From Chiloscyllium plagiosum (taxonomy: Eukaryota): a DNA stretch of 64,000 nt. Positions within the stretch are counted from its first letter, which is position 1, and each line of letters opens with the position of its first letter. The position numbers and the translations under genes are program-made. Shown here one piece after another: positions 23,690 to 37,332 of this stretch. The stretch lies in contig NC_057718.1 of NCBI RefSeq assembly GCF_004010195.1, positions 80,300,116 to 80,364,115 on the forward strand, written 5' to 3'. The notes under the pieces are model-generated. The model had not been told where the DNA came from and ran no database searches. It worked only from the letters and a program-made list of their open reading frames with translations.

Positions 23690-26070
23690 TGATAGAATCG
23701 TACAGCATAGAAAAGGTCCTTCAGTCTATCAAGTCTGCATTGACCTATCCACACTAATCCTTCTTTCCTCATATGTGCTTGTCCATGTACTTTTAAAAAG
23801 TTGTAAGATTTTCTGCCTCACTGCCAGCACAGTGGCTCATTACTATCTCACAGCACCAGGGTCCCAGGTTTGATTCCAGCCACACTACTAACCACCAGGC
23901 CAATTTTCTTGTCATCCATAAATTTATCATCACCTCTATATTCTCATCTATATTTTTAACATATATCATGAATAATAAGGGACTCAGCAGTGCTCCTTGT
24001 ATTATGCCACTAGACACTGGCCTACATTCACACAAATAGCCTTCTATTACGACACTGTTTCCTACTATTAGGAACATTTTGGATTCTTCTTGCCAAGTTA
24101 CCCTGGATTCCAAGTGATTTTCCCTTCTTTATCAGTCCCCCATGTGAGACTTTGTCAAAGGCTTTGCTGAATCATAGAATGGCTTTCTTTGGATTCTATG
24201 AAACCAGCCATTCTATGATCCATTGAATGAATCAAATTTGTTAGGCATGACCTCCCTTTGACTGATCAAAGGGGGGCCACAGTGGCTGAGTGGTTAGCAC
24301 TGTTGCCTCACAGTACCAGGGTCCCAGGTTCGATTCCAGCCTCGGGTGACTGTGTGTGTGGAGTTTGCACATTATCTCTGTGTCTGCATGGGTTTCCTCC
24401 ATGTGCTCCGGTTTCCTCCCACAGTCCAAAGATGTGCAGATCAGGTGAATTGGCCATGCTAAATTGCCTCATAGTGTTAGGCCAATTAGTCAGAGGGTCT
24501 GGGTGAGTTACTCTTTGGAGGGTCAGTGTGGACTGGTTGGGCTGAAGGGCCTGTTTCCACACTGTAGGGAATCTAATCCCTTGCCTCTCCAAGTGGAGAT
24601 TTACTTCCTCCTTCAGAATTTTCCCCAATTGTTTCCCTACCACTGAAGTCAGACTCATTGGTCTATAATTTATCTGTACCACCCTTTTTTAAAAAGTGAA
24701 ACCCACATTAGCTGTGCTGCAGTTGTCTGGCACCTCTCCTGTGACCAGATAGGAATTAAGAATTGAGACCAGACCTGCTGTAATTTTCTCCCTCATCTCC
24801 CACCGCAGCCTGGGATACATTTCATCCAAATCTGGAATTTTGTCCACTTTTAAACTTGCCAAAATCTCCAATACCTGCTCACTTCCTACGTCAATCTGCT
24901 TAAGAACGTCACAATCCATTTCCCCAAATTCTGTACCAACATGCTCCCAAGTAAAAATAGAAGTGCAGTACTCATTTAATACTGTACCAATGGCCTCCGA
25001 CTCCATGCACAGATTGTTCCCTTGGTCCCTACTCTCTCTCCCTGATCATCTTCTATCCCTTAACATACTTATAGAATATCTTAGGATTCTCCCTAATTTT
25101 ACGTGCTGTCCTAAATGTTTTTTTAACTTCCCCCCCCCCCATCTCCTCCCCCACCGTGTTTTCTGTACTCCAGTAAGGTCTCCACTAATATGCTTTCTTT
25201 ACACCTGCGAAAACCTTTCTTTTCTATCTTGTTTTGACCTGAATATTCCTAGACATTCAAGGTCCTCTAGGCTTGTTGCATCTATGTTTCAACTGAAAAG
25301 GAACATGTTGGGTCTGTACTCCTCCCATTTTCTTTTTAAATGCCCCCACTGTTCTGGTGAAATTTTCTCATAAGTAGCTGTTCCCAGTCTACTTTAGCCA
25401 GATCCTGCCTGATCTTAGTAAAATTTGCCTTCCCCCAATCCAAAACCCTTTTAGACCATCTTTTTCTTTTTCCATAACAAATTTAAAACATTGCTATCAC
25501 TAAAATGTTCCCATACTGCCATCTGTCCAGCTTTATTCTCCAGAATTAGGTCCAGCACTGCACCATCCCTTGTTGAATCTTCCATATGTTGATACAAAAA
25601 ACCTCTCCTGAACACATTTCAAGTAACCTCTGAATCCTTTATAATATGACCATCACAATTAATATTGGAGAAGTTGCAATTCACTAATATAATTCCCCTA
25701 TTATGATTACACACCTCAATAAATTGTCTAATATCTGCTCCTTTATTGCCCGCTGAGTGTTTGGAGACCTATAACATGCACCAACAATGTGACTGTCCCT
25801 GTTTTATTCTTAAGTTCAGCCCAAAAAGCCTCATTTGAAGATTTTGTTCCTCCTTCCTGCAGTAACTGACTCCCTAATTAGTAACACAACACCATCTCTC
25901 CTTTCACATGCTCCCCGATCTCACTTGAAGATCCTATACCTTGAAATGTTGAGTTACTGGTCCTGCCCATCTGTCAACCAAGTCTCTGTGATGGCAGCAA
26001 TACCACAATTCCATGCACCAATCCATGCCATTAACTCATCTGTCTTACCTATATCACTCCTAGCACTGAA
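23690..26070 (-). mobile_element. CR1 LINE, deleted and decayed
   Basis: [40 protein letters not shown]; 3' tail near 23690. Confidence 0.85.
24271..24577 (+). mobile_element. HE1-like V-SINE, full length
   Basis: tRNA head (tggctgagtggttagc...ggttcgattcc), V domain (gtgtggagtttgcac...ggtttcctcccacagtccaaagatgtgc), CR1-like tail. Confidence 0.9.
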
Positions 26071-26278
26071 GCGGAGGTTTCCACCCACAGTTCAAAAATG
26101 TGCAGAATTGGCCAGGCTAAATTGCCCATAGTGATCAGGGATGCGTAAGTTAGGTGCATTAGTCAGGGTAAATGTAGAGTAATAGGATAGAGGAATTGGT
26201 TTGGATGGGATACTCATCAGAGGTTCAGTGTGGACTTGTTGGGCCGAAGGGCCTGTTTCCACATTAAAGGGATTCTAT
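26071..26278 (+). mobile_element. HE1-like SINE, 5' truncated
   Basis: V-domain end and tail match 24271-24577. Confidence 0.8.
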
Positions 26279-28045
26279 TACCTGATCAAGTCCAGGGGAT
26301 TTATCTGCCTTTATGCATTTTAAGGCCTCAAGCATCTCGTCCTCTGTAATATGAACTCTTTTCAAAATATCACTATTTATTTCCCCAAGTTCCCCAGCTT
26401 CCATGTCTTTCTCCACAGTAAATACAGCCGCAAAATAATTGTTATGTATCTTATTTCCCAACAGAAGATCAAGTATTGCTCCTTCTCTAGTAGGTATATC
26501 CACATATTGAATGAGTATGTTTTCGTGCACACACTTAACAAATTCCTCCCCATCCCCTAACACTATCACAGTCCAGTCTATGTTTGGAAAGTTAAAATCC
26601 CCTACCATTGCAAAGCTCTTATTCTTACAGATATCTGAGATCTCCTTACATACTAGCTTCTCAATTTCCTGCTGACTACTGGGGGGCCTAGAATACAAGT
26701 CCAACAAGGTGATCACCCCTTTCTTATTTCTCAGTTCCACCCATGTAACTTTATTGGACTATCACCCAAGAATATCCTCCCAAAGTACACAATACCATGT
26801 TATAGTCCAACAGGTTTATTTGGAAATACAAGCTTTCTGAGTAGTGCTCCTTCATCAAGAAGCAGCGCTCGGAAAGCTTGTACTTCCAAATAAACCTGTT
26901 GGACTATAACCTGGAGTTATGCGATTTTTACCTTTGTATACCCCAATCCAACACCAGACACTCCACATTCTCCTTAAGTACAACTGTGATGTTATCCATA
27001 ATGAAAAATGCCACTCCCCCTACCCCCTTCTTGCCTCCTTTTCTATCCTTCCTAGAGCATCTACACTCAGAACATTAAGCTGATATGATATCCCAGTCCC
27101 GTGTTTCCAACCATGCCCCAAGTTCATCTGCTTTACCTGTCAGGCTTTTTGCATTAAAATAAATGCAGTTTAATTTATCAGTATTACGTCATTCTTTGCC
27201 AAGCTCTTGTCTGTTTTGACTATGTGACTTGCTCCCCTTAGCTGTTGTACAAGGCTCAGCCTTTTCTCACTATTGCTTTGGTTCCCAGTCAAACCCCCAT
27301 GTGTCAGCTGTAGTAGCCCAGATATTACTACCCTTGAAGACCTACTTTTCAACATTCTGCCTAGTTTACCACATTCTCTCTGCAGAACTTCATTCTTATG
27401 TGGCTGATATAAATGTGCATAATGACCTACTGCTGTTCACTCCCTTTTCAGAATATTCTGTACCCACTCAGAGACATCCTTGACCCTGGCACTAGGGAGG
27501 CAACACACCATCCTGATGTCTCGCTGATGGCCACAGAAATGTTTGTCAGTGCCCCAGACTAAATAGCCTCTTATTTGATCGCTTGGAACCTAACAAATGC
27601 CTCATGACAGTAGAGCTAGTCATGGTAGCAGAAACCTGACTGTCAGTGTTATATTCCTCTGAGCATCCCATCCACCTGCTGCAATTGTATCCAGAAGAGC
27701 ATACTTGTTTGAGATATGGTTAGCTACAGGAGGGTCCTGCGTTACCTGGTTACATTTCCTATCATGCTTAGCAGTCAACCATCCACCTGACTGTATCTGC
27801 AGTTTTTCTACCTTCCTGAAACTGTCATCCGTCACACGCCCTTGCCCTTATAAACTCCTCATTGTCTGTAACTGCCAACCAATCCAATCAGTCCAATAGC
27901 CTTCACATCCAAACACACTTCCTGTAGAGTTTCCAGGAACATACAAATTCTTCCTGATCTCCCACATCAGACAGGAAAAGCACCTCACCCTACTAAAAGC
28001 CATTTCTACTCCTTTAACAGTTTGCAGGTCTAGAAATTACCTAAA
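26279..28045 (-). mobile_element. CR1 LINE 5' portion (ORF1 remnant + APE)
   Basis: LYSRPP, MVGDFNFPNIDW, PTREGAILDLLLGN; ORF1 remnant LKSRSSRVVISGLL. Confidence 0.85.
26790..26968. mobile_element. Palindromic Penelope-like short element
   Basis: Fold-back gttatagtccaacaggtttatttggaa...ttccaaataaacctgttggactataac, same family as 1504-1719; imperfect flanking duplication (ctcccaaagtaca / ctccttaagtaca). Confidence 0.8.
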
Positions 28046-28054
28046 AACAAACAC

Positions 28055-29430
28055 AAGAAGGGTGGTAAGGACAAGCCAGGGAACTATAGACCAGTGAGCC
28101 TGACCTCGGTGGTGGGCAAGTTGTACAGGCATTTGGAAAGGCAAGGACTGATTAGGGATAGTCAACATGACTTTGTGTGTGGGAAATCAAGTCTCACAAA
28201 CTTGATTGAGTTTTTTGAAGAAGTAACAAAGAGGATTGATGAGGGCAGAGCAGTAGATGTGACCTATATGGACTTCAGTAAGGCATTTGACAAGGTTCCC
28301 CATGGGAGACCGGTTAGCAAAGTTAGGTCTCACAGTATACAGGGAGAACTCGCCATTAGGATACAGAACTGGCTCAAAGGTAGAAAACAGAGGGTGGTGG
28401 TGGATGGTTGTTTTTCAGACTGGAGGCCTGTGACCAGTAGAGTGCCACAAGGATCGGTGCTGGGTCCTCTACTTTTTGTAATTTACATAAATGATTTGGA
28501 TGTGAGCATAAGAGGTACAGTTAGTAAGTTTGCAGATGACACCAAAATTGGAGGTGTAGTGGACAGTGAAGAGGGTTACCTCAGATTACAANNNNNNNNN
28601 NNNNNNNNNNNNNNNNNNNNNNNNNNNNNNNNNNNNNNNNNAGGTGCTGCATTTTGGGAAAGCAAATCTCAGCAGGACTTGTACACTTAATGGTAAGGTC
28701 CTAGGGAGTGTTGCTGAACAAAGAGACCTTGGAATGCAAGTTCATAGCTCCTTGAAAGTGGAGTCACAGGTAGATAGGATAGTGAAGAAGGCATTTGGTA
28801 TGTTTTCTTTTATTGGTCAGAGTATTGAGTAAAGGAATTGGGATGTCATGTTGCGGCTGTACAGGACATTGGTTAGGCCACTGTTGGAATATTGTGTGCA
28901 ATTCTGGTCTCCTTCCTATCGGAAAGATGTTGTGAAACTTGAAAGGGTTCAGAAAAGATTTACAAGGATGTTACCAGGGTTGGAGGATTTGAGCTATAGG
29001 GAGAGGCTGAACAGGCTGGGGTTTTTATTCCCTGGAGCGTCGCAGGCTGAGGAGTGACCTTATAGAGGTTTACAAAATTATGAGGGGCATGGATAGGATA
29101 AATAGACAAAGTCTTTTCCCTGGGGTTGGGGAGGCCAGAACTAGAAGCCATAGATTTAGGGTGAGGGGACAAAAAGATATAAAAGAGACCTAATGGGCAA
29201 CTTTTTCACGCAGAGGGTGGTACATGTATGGAATGAGCTGCCAGAGGAAGTGGTGGAGGCTGGTTTAATTGCAACATTTAAGAGGCATTTGGATGGGTAT
29301 ATGAATAGGAAGAGTTTGGAGGGATATGGGCCTGGTGCTGGCAGTTGGGACTAGATTGGGTTGGGATATCTGGTCAGCATTGAGGGGTTGGACCAAAAGA
29401 TCTGTTTCCATGCTGTACACCTCTATGACA
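28055..29430 (+). mobile_element. Relatively young CR1 LINE (RT to 3' end)
   Basis: ORF 28094-28690 with [32 protein letters not shown]; intact tail. Confidence 0.95.
28592..28641. other. Assembly gap (50 N)
   Basis: Run of N inside a CR1 copy. Confidence 1.
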
Positions 29431-30927
29431 ATATTCTTTACTCAAAAACACAACATTAACAAGACCTGAATGCTCAAAAATACTGCTCTGGGATAACTTA
29501 CATCAAACCTTAATAAGAAACAGATAACAGTATAAACATAAAGAAAAAGTCTTCATCTTACTCACTATGACAGTTTGACAAGAAACACAGATAGAAGTTT
29601 TATAAGTCTTAAAACAAAAACGTAGCTGATCACGCTCAATAAACAACGGTTGCCCTCTTTTCCAATAGTTTCAGACCTGATTTTTTTCTAAATTACAGAT
29701 ACGTCTGTAGCTGCAATGAAGCTGGATATTAGACCTACCAAATCAGCTATGAAGGTGCATTGCTTGTTTGTTATTTCAGTGAAACCCATATCCAGAGCCC
29801 TTGTGCAATTTCTCATCTACCTATGATATAGTTTGCAAGGATGTGTGAGGAATCTAACTGTCTTGCACAACAATTAGAATGTTGTCCAAGTAGCATTTGT
29901 GGGAGGTATCCATTGGCCATATGAATGCAAGTTCCCCACTTGCCCACAATTCCAACTAAAGTCTTCACACTCTGCAAGGCTCTGTGGTACAGGGATATGG
30001 TGACTGGAAAAGTAACCCACAAGCGAAATAGTGTTGTGATTTGCAAAAGAATCTGAGGTAATGGGTTCCTATCAGAGAAGTAGATTCATTCAGATATGGA
30101 ACTTGTCAATCTCCCTTTATGATTTCAGGAGAAGGGTGCTTGCAATATCTGCAAAAGGTTGGTGACAGTTGATAAAATATGGAACTGGCTGTGCTGGATT
30201 TCTTGAATCGGACAGAGGAGGCTTTTTTGAATATGACTAGTCAACAGGGGGCCAGATTATTTCCAGAGAGGAGAAGTTGAAGTTAGTGCTTGGGGATGAT
30301 GAGTTTCATAGGGACCATCTTTTGGCAACAGTGGTTATGGATTCTTGCAGGGATGGGATAAATGCGTGGTGCGATGAGTGAAGATCATCATATCTGAGCC
30401 TGATCTGATATTATCATATCATCATGCCTGTGTCTTAAGTTAAATTACTTTGCTTAGCTTGAATTGCACTCATCCATTGTAATACTTCAGCTATTCATCT
30501 TTGAGGAAAGGGAAAGGGACTCAGGGGTTCTTATTCCATTCTTGCTCTGCAGCTAGTTCCAGCTCAGATATTGACACCTCAATGGTTTTTCAAAATTTAT
30601 TTGAAGGCGTTGCATATACTAGTTTTAGCACTATTACTAGACCAATTGTTGGAGGCTGTGACATAGTCCAAATTCCTGACTCTCAGATTTATGTGGGAGA
30701 CCAGAGAGATGCTGAATAATGAGCCTCTGTCATTGTATGTAAGGTGGTAAATATTATATACATATTTGCAATGTTTGTGAAGGTTTGGAGATAAATGAAG
30801 ATCTGAAAGAGTTTCCAGAGTGTGTGCACTTCTTCTGAGAGAGTTTATCTATGCCATGAGTACTGCCTTCAATTTCTCTTTTGATTATGAGGCCTCCTCT
30901 ATCAAGAAAGTGATGAATCTTTTGGAA

Positions 30928-31108
30928 CATCGCAGGCTCAAATTCAGGAATTCCCTCCCTAACAGCAGTAGGGGTCAACCCACAGCAGGTGGATTGCAGT
31001 AGTTCAAGAAGGCAACTCACCACCACCTTCTCAAGGGCAATTAGGGACCGACAATAAATGCTGGCCAGTCAGTGACACTCACTTCCAACAAACGAATAAA
31101 ACAAAAAA
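30928..31108 (+). mobile_element. L2-like LINE/SINE 3' tail
   Basis: ggaattccctccctaacagca...ttcaagaaggcaactcaccaccaccttctcaagggcaattaggg...aataaatgctggcc followed by an A-rich end. Confidence 0.65.
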
Positions 31109-31409
31109 CCAGGCCCAATAGTTTAATAAGGGTTTGCTGGGTCTGAATTGAGACTGGCAAATGCATGTACAACCAATGACTTCATGTAGATCTTGCAAAT
31201 GTGAGAGATGGATACAGCACCTGATGTCCCTGCTGTGCCCTCATTCAGCTCAGGTAAAATTTGAACTTCAAGTTAGTGAATACCAGCTGTCTGCATCTGA
31301 TTGCTCCTCTTAGGGGACTCCTGATGATTTCAGCATGTCCTGCACCCTTCTACCAATGACACAGAAGCTTGGGATGCCACAACATTAGAATAAGCTCTTG
31401 CCACCAGGT

Positions 31410-31610
31410 GGTCCAAAGATGTGCAAGTGACGTGAATCAGCTCTGCAAAAATATTGTTTGTAAAGTTCAGGGTTGTGTAGGCTGGGTGGATTAGCCATGA
31501 TAAATGTGGGAATACATTAAGGGGCTGGGTCTGGGCAGGATGCTTCTCAAAGGGTAAGTGTGGACTTGATATGTTGAATGGCCTGCTTCCACACTGGAGG
31601 GATTCTATGA
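31410..31610 (+). mobile_element. HE1-like SINE 3' half, old
   Basis: gtccaaagatgtgc...ggcctgcttccacactggagggattctatga. Confidence 0.7.
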
Positions 31611-32179
31611 AATTCTAGGAATCCCTGATCTATCACTCTCAAATGAAAGTAGGATGCCCACCAGGTTCATCCAGAAAAATAGGACATCAGCTTCAGCAGT
31701 TTGCTTCCAGTGCAGCTGACAAGTTAGGGGATGCAGCATAAATTACTGAAAAAATATCACTGCAAATCCATTATTGGTGATATCTGGATATGTAAGGAAT
31801 GAGTTTTGCATTGTTCCTGTGGTCCTTATTAAACATTTTGACATTTATTACGGTAGCTACTTGCATTTTCATGTCTGTCCTGGAAACAGCCATATATAGA
31901 TTGAGGTTGTAACGCCATGACACCTGAGAATGAAAATGAGGCTAATTTAAAAGATATACATAGAGACAAGCCTTTTGAAAGTCTTCACGTTATCAATTGG
32001 GGGAGACCTGCAAAGACTTACTTAAAACCCCTCATAATCAGGGTTTCCCTTGTCTCTCTAGAACCAAGTCTCTACAGTTCACCATGGTCATGTGGAACAT
32101 CGTATTCCTTCTCTGTGTCATTGCATAAGCTCCCATCTGATGATGCAAAGAGGTCCTTTTTGTCCTTATCCCCAAGATA

Positions 32180-32900
32180 CGCTGCTCTTGGCACTACCAG
32201 GCTATGCAGTGCACAACAAATGACAACAATCAAGAGCAAAAAACTGCAAACAGTGTCTTGCAGCAGCATCACAGTTCTGGGAAGAATATCTAAAAGTAAT
32301 TTGGGGTGAGAGGAAACAACTGATTGGATCTTGTGAGTATTTGCAATATGTTTATTGCTCATAGTTTGTATGGTCTTTATTCTGGATTTTTAGTTTGTAC
32401 AGAGATCCAGAAAAGAAGTGCCTTCGATTTTAAGGGTAATTTAAGGGTTTAATTTAAATGGTGAGGTTATGAAAAGAACAGAACATAATTGCACAGGAAA
32501 ATCCAACTTGTCCCACAAAGGAAATCTATCCCTTTTTATGAGACCAAACCTACTCTCAAAAAAAATTCTGTCCAATGCTCTACTGCCCTGAATAATGCAT
32601 TTGTCACGAGTTTGAAACAGTAGTGGCCAAAGTTTGCAAGCTGCACTAAAGATCTGATAACTGAAAGTATCATGAAGTACAGAAGTTTAGCGCCACCATT
32701 ACTTTCACTAACCAAGGCACTGAGTTTTACATATTTGCAACTTGTCTTCCCAATAATCGTGTCAGCTTCCTGGAGAAATGTAGCCTTCTCATACAATAAG
32801 GTTCAATCATTTGTAGATAATTGAACGTTGCTTGTAAGCATTACCTTCTGGGTAGTGGCTTATCCTGAGATACTAACCCATATGCTCTCTTCAAGCCCAT
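32180..32900 (-). pseudogene. PIF/Harbinger (HARBI1-like) transposase fossil
   Basis: Colinear frameshifted motifs FNYLQMIEPYCMRRLHFSR (32825-32769), VKVMVALNF (32708-32682), HYCFKLVTNALFR and IVVICCALHSL (32230-32198); the catalytic middle appears deleted. Confidence 0.7.
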
Positions 32901-33944
32901 GCTCTATGTGGCCCTTTTTCATCATCATCCTGACATTCATATGTCTTCATGGGTCGATGATGTTCCTAGCCAAGAGGTCTCCTCTTGCTCCATTTCCTTC
33001 TGTCTTCCCTCTGGAAGAGCTTCCATCAAAGTGAACATAGGCACCTTTAGCTCTTTTGCTGAAGCCCTTCTTTGACATAAGCCTCTTCTCCCAATGAATA
33101 CTTTACAGATGATGCATTCATGAATCAAAAGCAGACTCGTCCACCAAATAATTCCAAGACAATCCCGTTTAGCTCTCTTGCAGACCGAGCTGCAACCTCC
33201 TACTCCTCATTGCTCTTCTCAAATATTGACTTTTATCCCACCCTGACACCGTTTGGACATCGTGGCACAACTCCCTCCCACCCATCAGTCCATGTGACCA
33301 CCAATGAATTATACAGGCTACGTAAAATAGTGTTGCCTTAATAACTGAATTGCCTCAACAACCGCGTAACTGGCCTGCTGTAAGTGAAAAGATATCTGAC
33401 TTTTGGGCTTATTTGTCTTCCATAATATTGGATTTGGCTGTGACTGGACTTCACACAATGTCATCACATGTGATTTAGTATCTGCTTCCCATCTGTAAAA
33501 TTCCACCAGTACCTCAAACATATTTAACTATTGTTTAAAGCATTTTGAGACATCCTGAGATTATGAGATGTACTAAATAAATCAAAGTTCTTTCCTTCTT
33601 TTCAGTTTTAATGCTGATGCAAAAGGGTTTTCACTTCATATCAATGCTAAGCTTGTACAAAGCAAATCCATAATTTTGGCTCTGTCTGATTCAGAAGCCA
33701 CTTGCCTATCGTGTTTCTTTATCGGTCCTCTTCTGGAATCAGTTTGATTTTGTATATACTATGACACAAATTATACGAATCATTTCTCCTCTCACAGAAC
33801 TTTACATAATCGCATCAATTTCACAAGGAGAAAGTGAGGAGTGCAGATGCTGGAGATCACAGTGGAAAAGTGTGGCATTCATTTTTTTTCATTCATCAAT
33901 TTTTTAATCATCAATTTTTGTTGACTATATCACCTCATAATGAG

Positions 33945-34875
33945 CACAAAATTGTTGCAGCAGAGGAGGAGGCCATTTAGGGCATCAAATTTTGCACCGG
34001 CTTTTTAAATGAGCCATGCAACAACAGTCACTCCTCTGATTTTCACCATGACCCTGCACATTTTTCATTTTCAGACAATAATTAAATTTCTTCTTAAATG
34101 CTTCAAATGAGCCTGTTTCCGCCATACTCTCAGGCAGCACCTTCCAGTTATTAGCCATTTCTTGCATGAAAATGTTTCTCTTTATAAATCCATTGTTCCT
34201 CTTATAAATTACCTTAAATATGTGCCCTCTTATTCTCAATTCTTCCACCAAGTATACTTTCAGACAAGTATTTCCTATCTACTACATTCAGGCGCCTCAT
34301 GATTTTTACTATCTCTAATAAATCTCAATTCAACCTTCTCTTCTCCAAGAAAAAGATCTCTGGATTTCTCTAATTATCTACATAACTGAAGCTTCTTATC
34401 CCAGGCACCATTCTTGTGAATCATTTCTGTACTCTCTCTGACATCTTTCCTAAAGTGCGGTACCCAGAACTCGACACAGTACTCCAGTTGAGACCAAATT
34501 TAGCATAACCTCCTTGCTCTTGTACCGTATGTCCCTATTCAAGAAGCCTAAAATGCTGTATGCTTGGTTAACCACTCTCTTGACTTAATGTCTTCAATGA
34601 TTTGTATGCATATCCACCCAGGTTCCTTTGTTCCTGCACACCCTTCAGAATTGTGCCCTTTATGCTATATTGATTTTCCATGTACTTCCAACCAAAATTA
34701 ACCACTTGACATTTGTCTGCATTGAAATCCATCTACCATCTAGTCAATGAACATGGTTATGTCTTTTAGAAGTTCTACATTGACAACTTTAATTTACATT
34801 GATATCCATAAATTGTGAAATGACACCCTTTACACCAAGGACTAGGTCATTAATCCCAACACTGATCCCAGGAGA
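33945..34875 (-). mobile_element. Old CR1 LINE 3' portion
   Basis: ORF 33985-34251 (RGHIFKV...RNIFMQEMANNWKVLP) is a CR1 ORF2 C-terminus. Confidence 0.8.
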
Positions 34876-34884
34876 AGTATGTTG

Positions 34885-35215
34885 CTCGCTTTCTAAAAAA
34901 AAAATCACTCATGGGATGTGGCCATCATTGGCCAGGCTAGCATTTATTGCTCATCCCTAGTTGTGCAGATGATAAGGAAAAGCCACATTGTTATGGGTCA
35001 GGAGTCACATGTAGGTCAGATCGAACAAAGATGGCAGATTTTCTTCCCAAAAGGACACATTAGTCAACCAGGTGGGAATTTATGACAATCAACAGTTGCC
35101 ATTAGACGAGCTTTTATTAAACTCAGATTTTACCATCTGCCATGGGTTTCAAACCCATTTGCCTGGGATATTTAGATTTTAAGTCCAGTGACATTACCAC
35201 TACATCACTGCCTCC
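34885..35215 (-). mobile_element. tRNA-derived SINE with L2-like tail
   Basis: Reverse complement of the family at 4403-4750. Confidence 0.65.
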
Positions 35216-36179
35216 CCAAATTACATTATATATGTTAAAGTCCCACTGAATGACTCTCAGCATTCTGGAACAGTTTGTTGATAATTTGCTAGCAGGTCTG
35301 TCACAATGGATATCACAAAGCCATGATTGCAGCTGGAGCTGCTGCCAGTACCTGATACATGAGATGAATCCCCGCAATACTATCTCCTCCAATGTTGATT
35401 CTATTTCCACCTGTGCCACACACGACTCAATTAATTTGCTGAGGAGCATATTGCTGCTCTGTCATTCTCTTTTATTTCATAGTAGTATCATTAAAACAGA
35501 TTACAAATGGACATCTGGGGTTGACCCAAAAAGTACCATACTCTCTGTAAATTGCAAAGTAGTTCTAAGTGGTAACTATAATTGTCAGTATTTAATTATT
35601 AGGAACAAAAATTGTAGAAACATTTGGAGATATAAGCCCATCTTGAGTGATAAACCCTTTTTGCACAGAATGCCTGTTTGTTGTCAAGATCATGGATCAG
35701 ACCATGAAGTTTAAATTACAATCTGGCTAGGAATCGGTCATTTTTATTAGAAAGTAGACAAAGTGTGAGATCCATGGCACATACTTATGGAGTAAATCCA
35801 TAAGAGTCAATGGTTTTTAATAAGCAACAATAAACTTTATAACTTTTGAACAAGAATAGAAGCGACAATAGATTTACTATTTATTTCTAACACTAAGAAT
35901 TAATTTGGTAAGAATGCACAATAAACTGGTTTCGAGCACTCAACAGCATACACCAAATTGCAAATATGATCAAGACACATCCCACGAATTTCTCAGCAAT
36001 TTGCATGAGACATTATTGACAAAGTCATCAAGACTCTTTAAACTTTGCAAGGGATTATAATTTTTCACTTCTATCGTCCTAGCATTGAAATTTCCTCTCA
36101 AGAGCTGCACCAGCACAGGCTGCCTCAATGACTCTTCTGCTCCAGTTCATCACTCTACTTTCCTGGGGTAAGCTTCCCT

Positions 36180-37077
36180 GGACACCAAAATTGGTGGCAT
36201 AGTAGACAGTGAAGAAGGTTTTCTAAGATTACAAAGGTGAAATTGTTCAAGTGGGTCAATGGGCTGAAAAATGGTGGATGGAGTTCAATCTGGATAAATG
36301 CAAGGTATTGCATTTTGGGACAATAAAACAAGGGTAGGACTTATACTATTAATGGGTAGTGTTGTAGAACAGAGGGACCTACGGTGTCAGTGAAATAATT
36401 CTTTGAAGTTTGCGCCACATATAGTCCAGGTGGTTAAAACGGTGTTTAACACGCTTGTCTGCATTGCTCAGTGCTTTGAGTATAGGAGTTGGGAAGTCAT
36501 GTTGAGGTTGTACAGGACATTGGTGAGACCTCTTCTGGAATAATGTTACCACTCCTGATCACCCAATTATAGGAAGGATGTTATTAAGCTGGAGAGAGTT
36601 CAGAAAACATTTATCAGGATGTTGCCAGATATGGAAGGTTTGAGGTATAAAGAAAGGCTGGAAGGCTGGGACTTTTTTAACTGGAGCGTAGAAGTTGACA
36701 GGTGACGTTATAGAAGTTTATAAAATCATGAGGGGTTTAAATAGGGTTAACAATAGGTGTCTTTTCCCTCGAATGGGGGATTGCAAGACCAGGCAGCACA
36801 TTTTTAAAGGTGAGAAGAGAGAAATTCAAAACACAGGAGGGACAACTTTTTTACACAGAGGGTGGTTTGTATGTGGAATGAACTTCCTGAGGAAGTGGTG
36901 GATGCGGGCACAATCACAATATTTAAAAGATGCTGGAATAAGTGTATGAATAGGAAAGGTTTGGAAGGATTGGACCAGGAGCAGGCAGGTGGGACAATTT
37001 TAGTTTGGGTTCATGTTCAGCACACACTGGTTGAACCGAAGGGTCTGTTTCTGTGTTGTATGACTCTATGACTCTGA
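36180..37077 (+). mobile_element. CR1 LINE 3' portion
   Basis: Starts at DTKIGG, runs through LVRPLLE and IEVYKIMRG to the tail tatgactctatgactct. Confidence 0.9.
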
Positions 37078-37122
37078 AATGGCATGATAGCATTCAATCA
37101 CAAGCACAAGTCTAGCTCTTCA

Positions 37123-37332
37123 GGCAGTGACTGTAATGAGGTCAACCAAGTGGACCACACAGAATGCATCCTCTGACTGGGGCTGTTAATCTGGTCCAAT
37201 CAGAGCCAACTCTCAGAGTGTCAGACACTCTGAGAGCTGGCTGTGACAGAGCTGGACCAGTGTCAAGAACTTTTCACATGTAAAGAAAGGGTGAGTCAGA
37301 GACAGGATAGCAGCCTCTGTGGAATTATTTAA
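37123..37332 (+). repeat. Gypsy 5' LTR
   Basis: Similar to 44780-44985 and to the LTR starting at 60635. Confidence 0.8.

Noticed and set aside
24271..24345. tRNA gene (also at 21337, 41780, 54378)
   Set aside because: The A/B boxes continue into SINE bodies, so these are tRNA-derived SINE heads
28094..28690. Functional reverse transcriptase gene
   Set aside because: 5'-truncated CR1 fragment with an internal deletion and downstream stops/frameshifts
29780..30900. Possible ancient LINE RT remnant on the minus strand
   Set aside because: Only vague motif similarity; not supportable without a profile search
35123..35714. Overlapping 108-aa and 154-aa ORFs as novel genes
   Set aside because: No recognisable motifs or splice support; partly overlaps a SINE; consistent with chance ORFs
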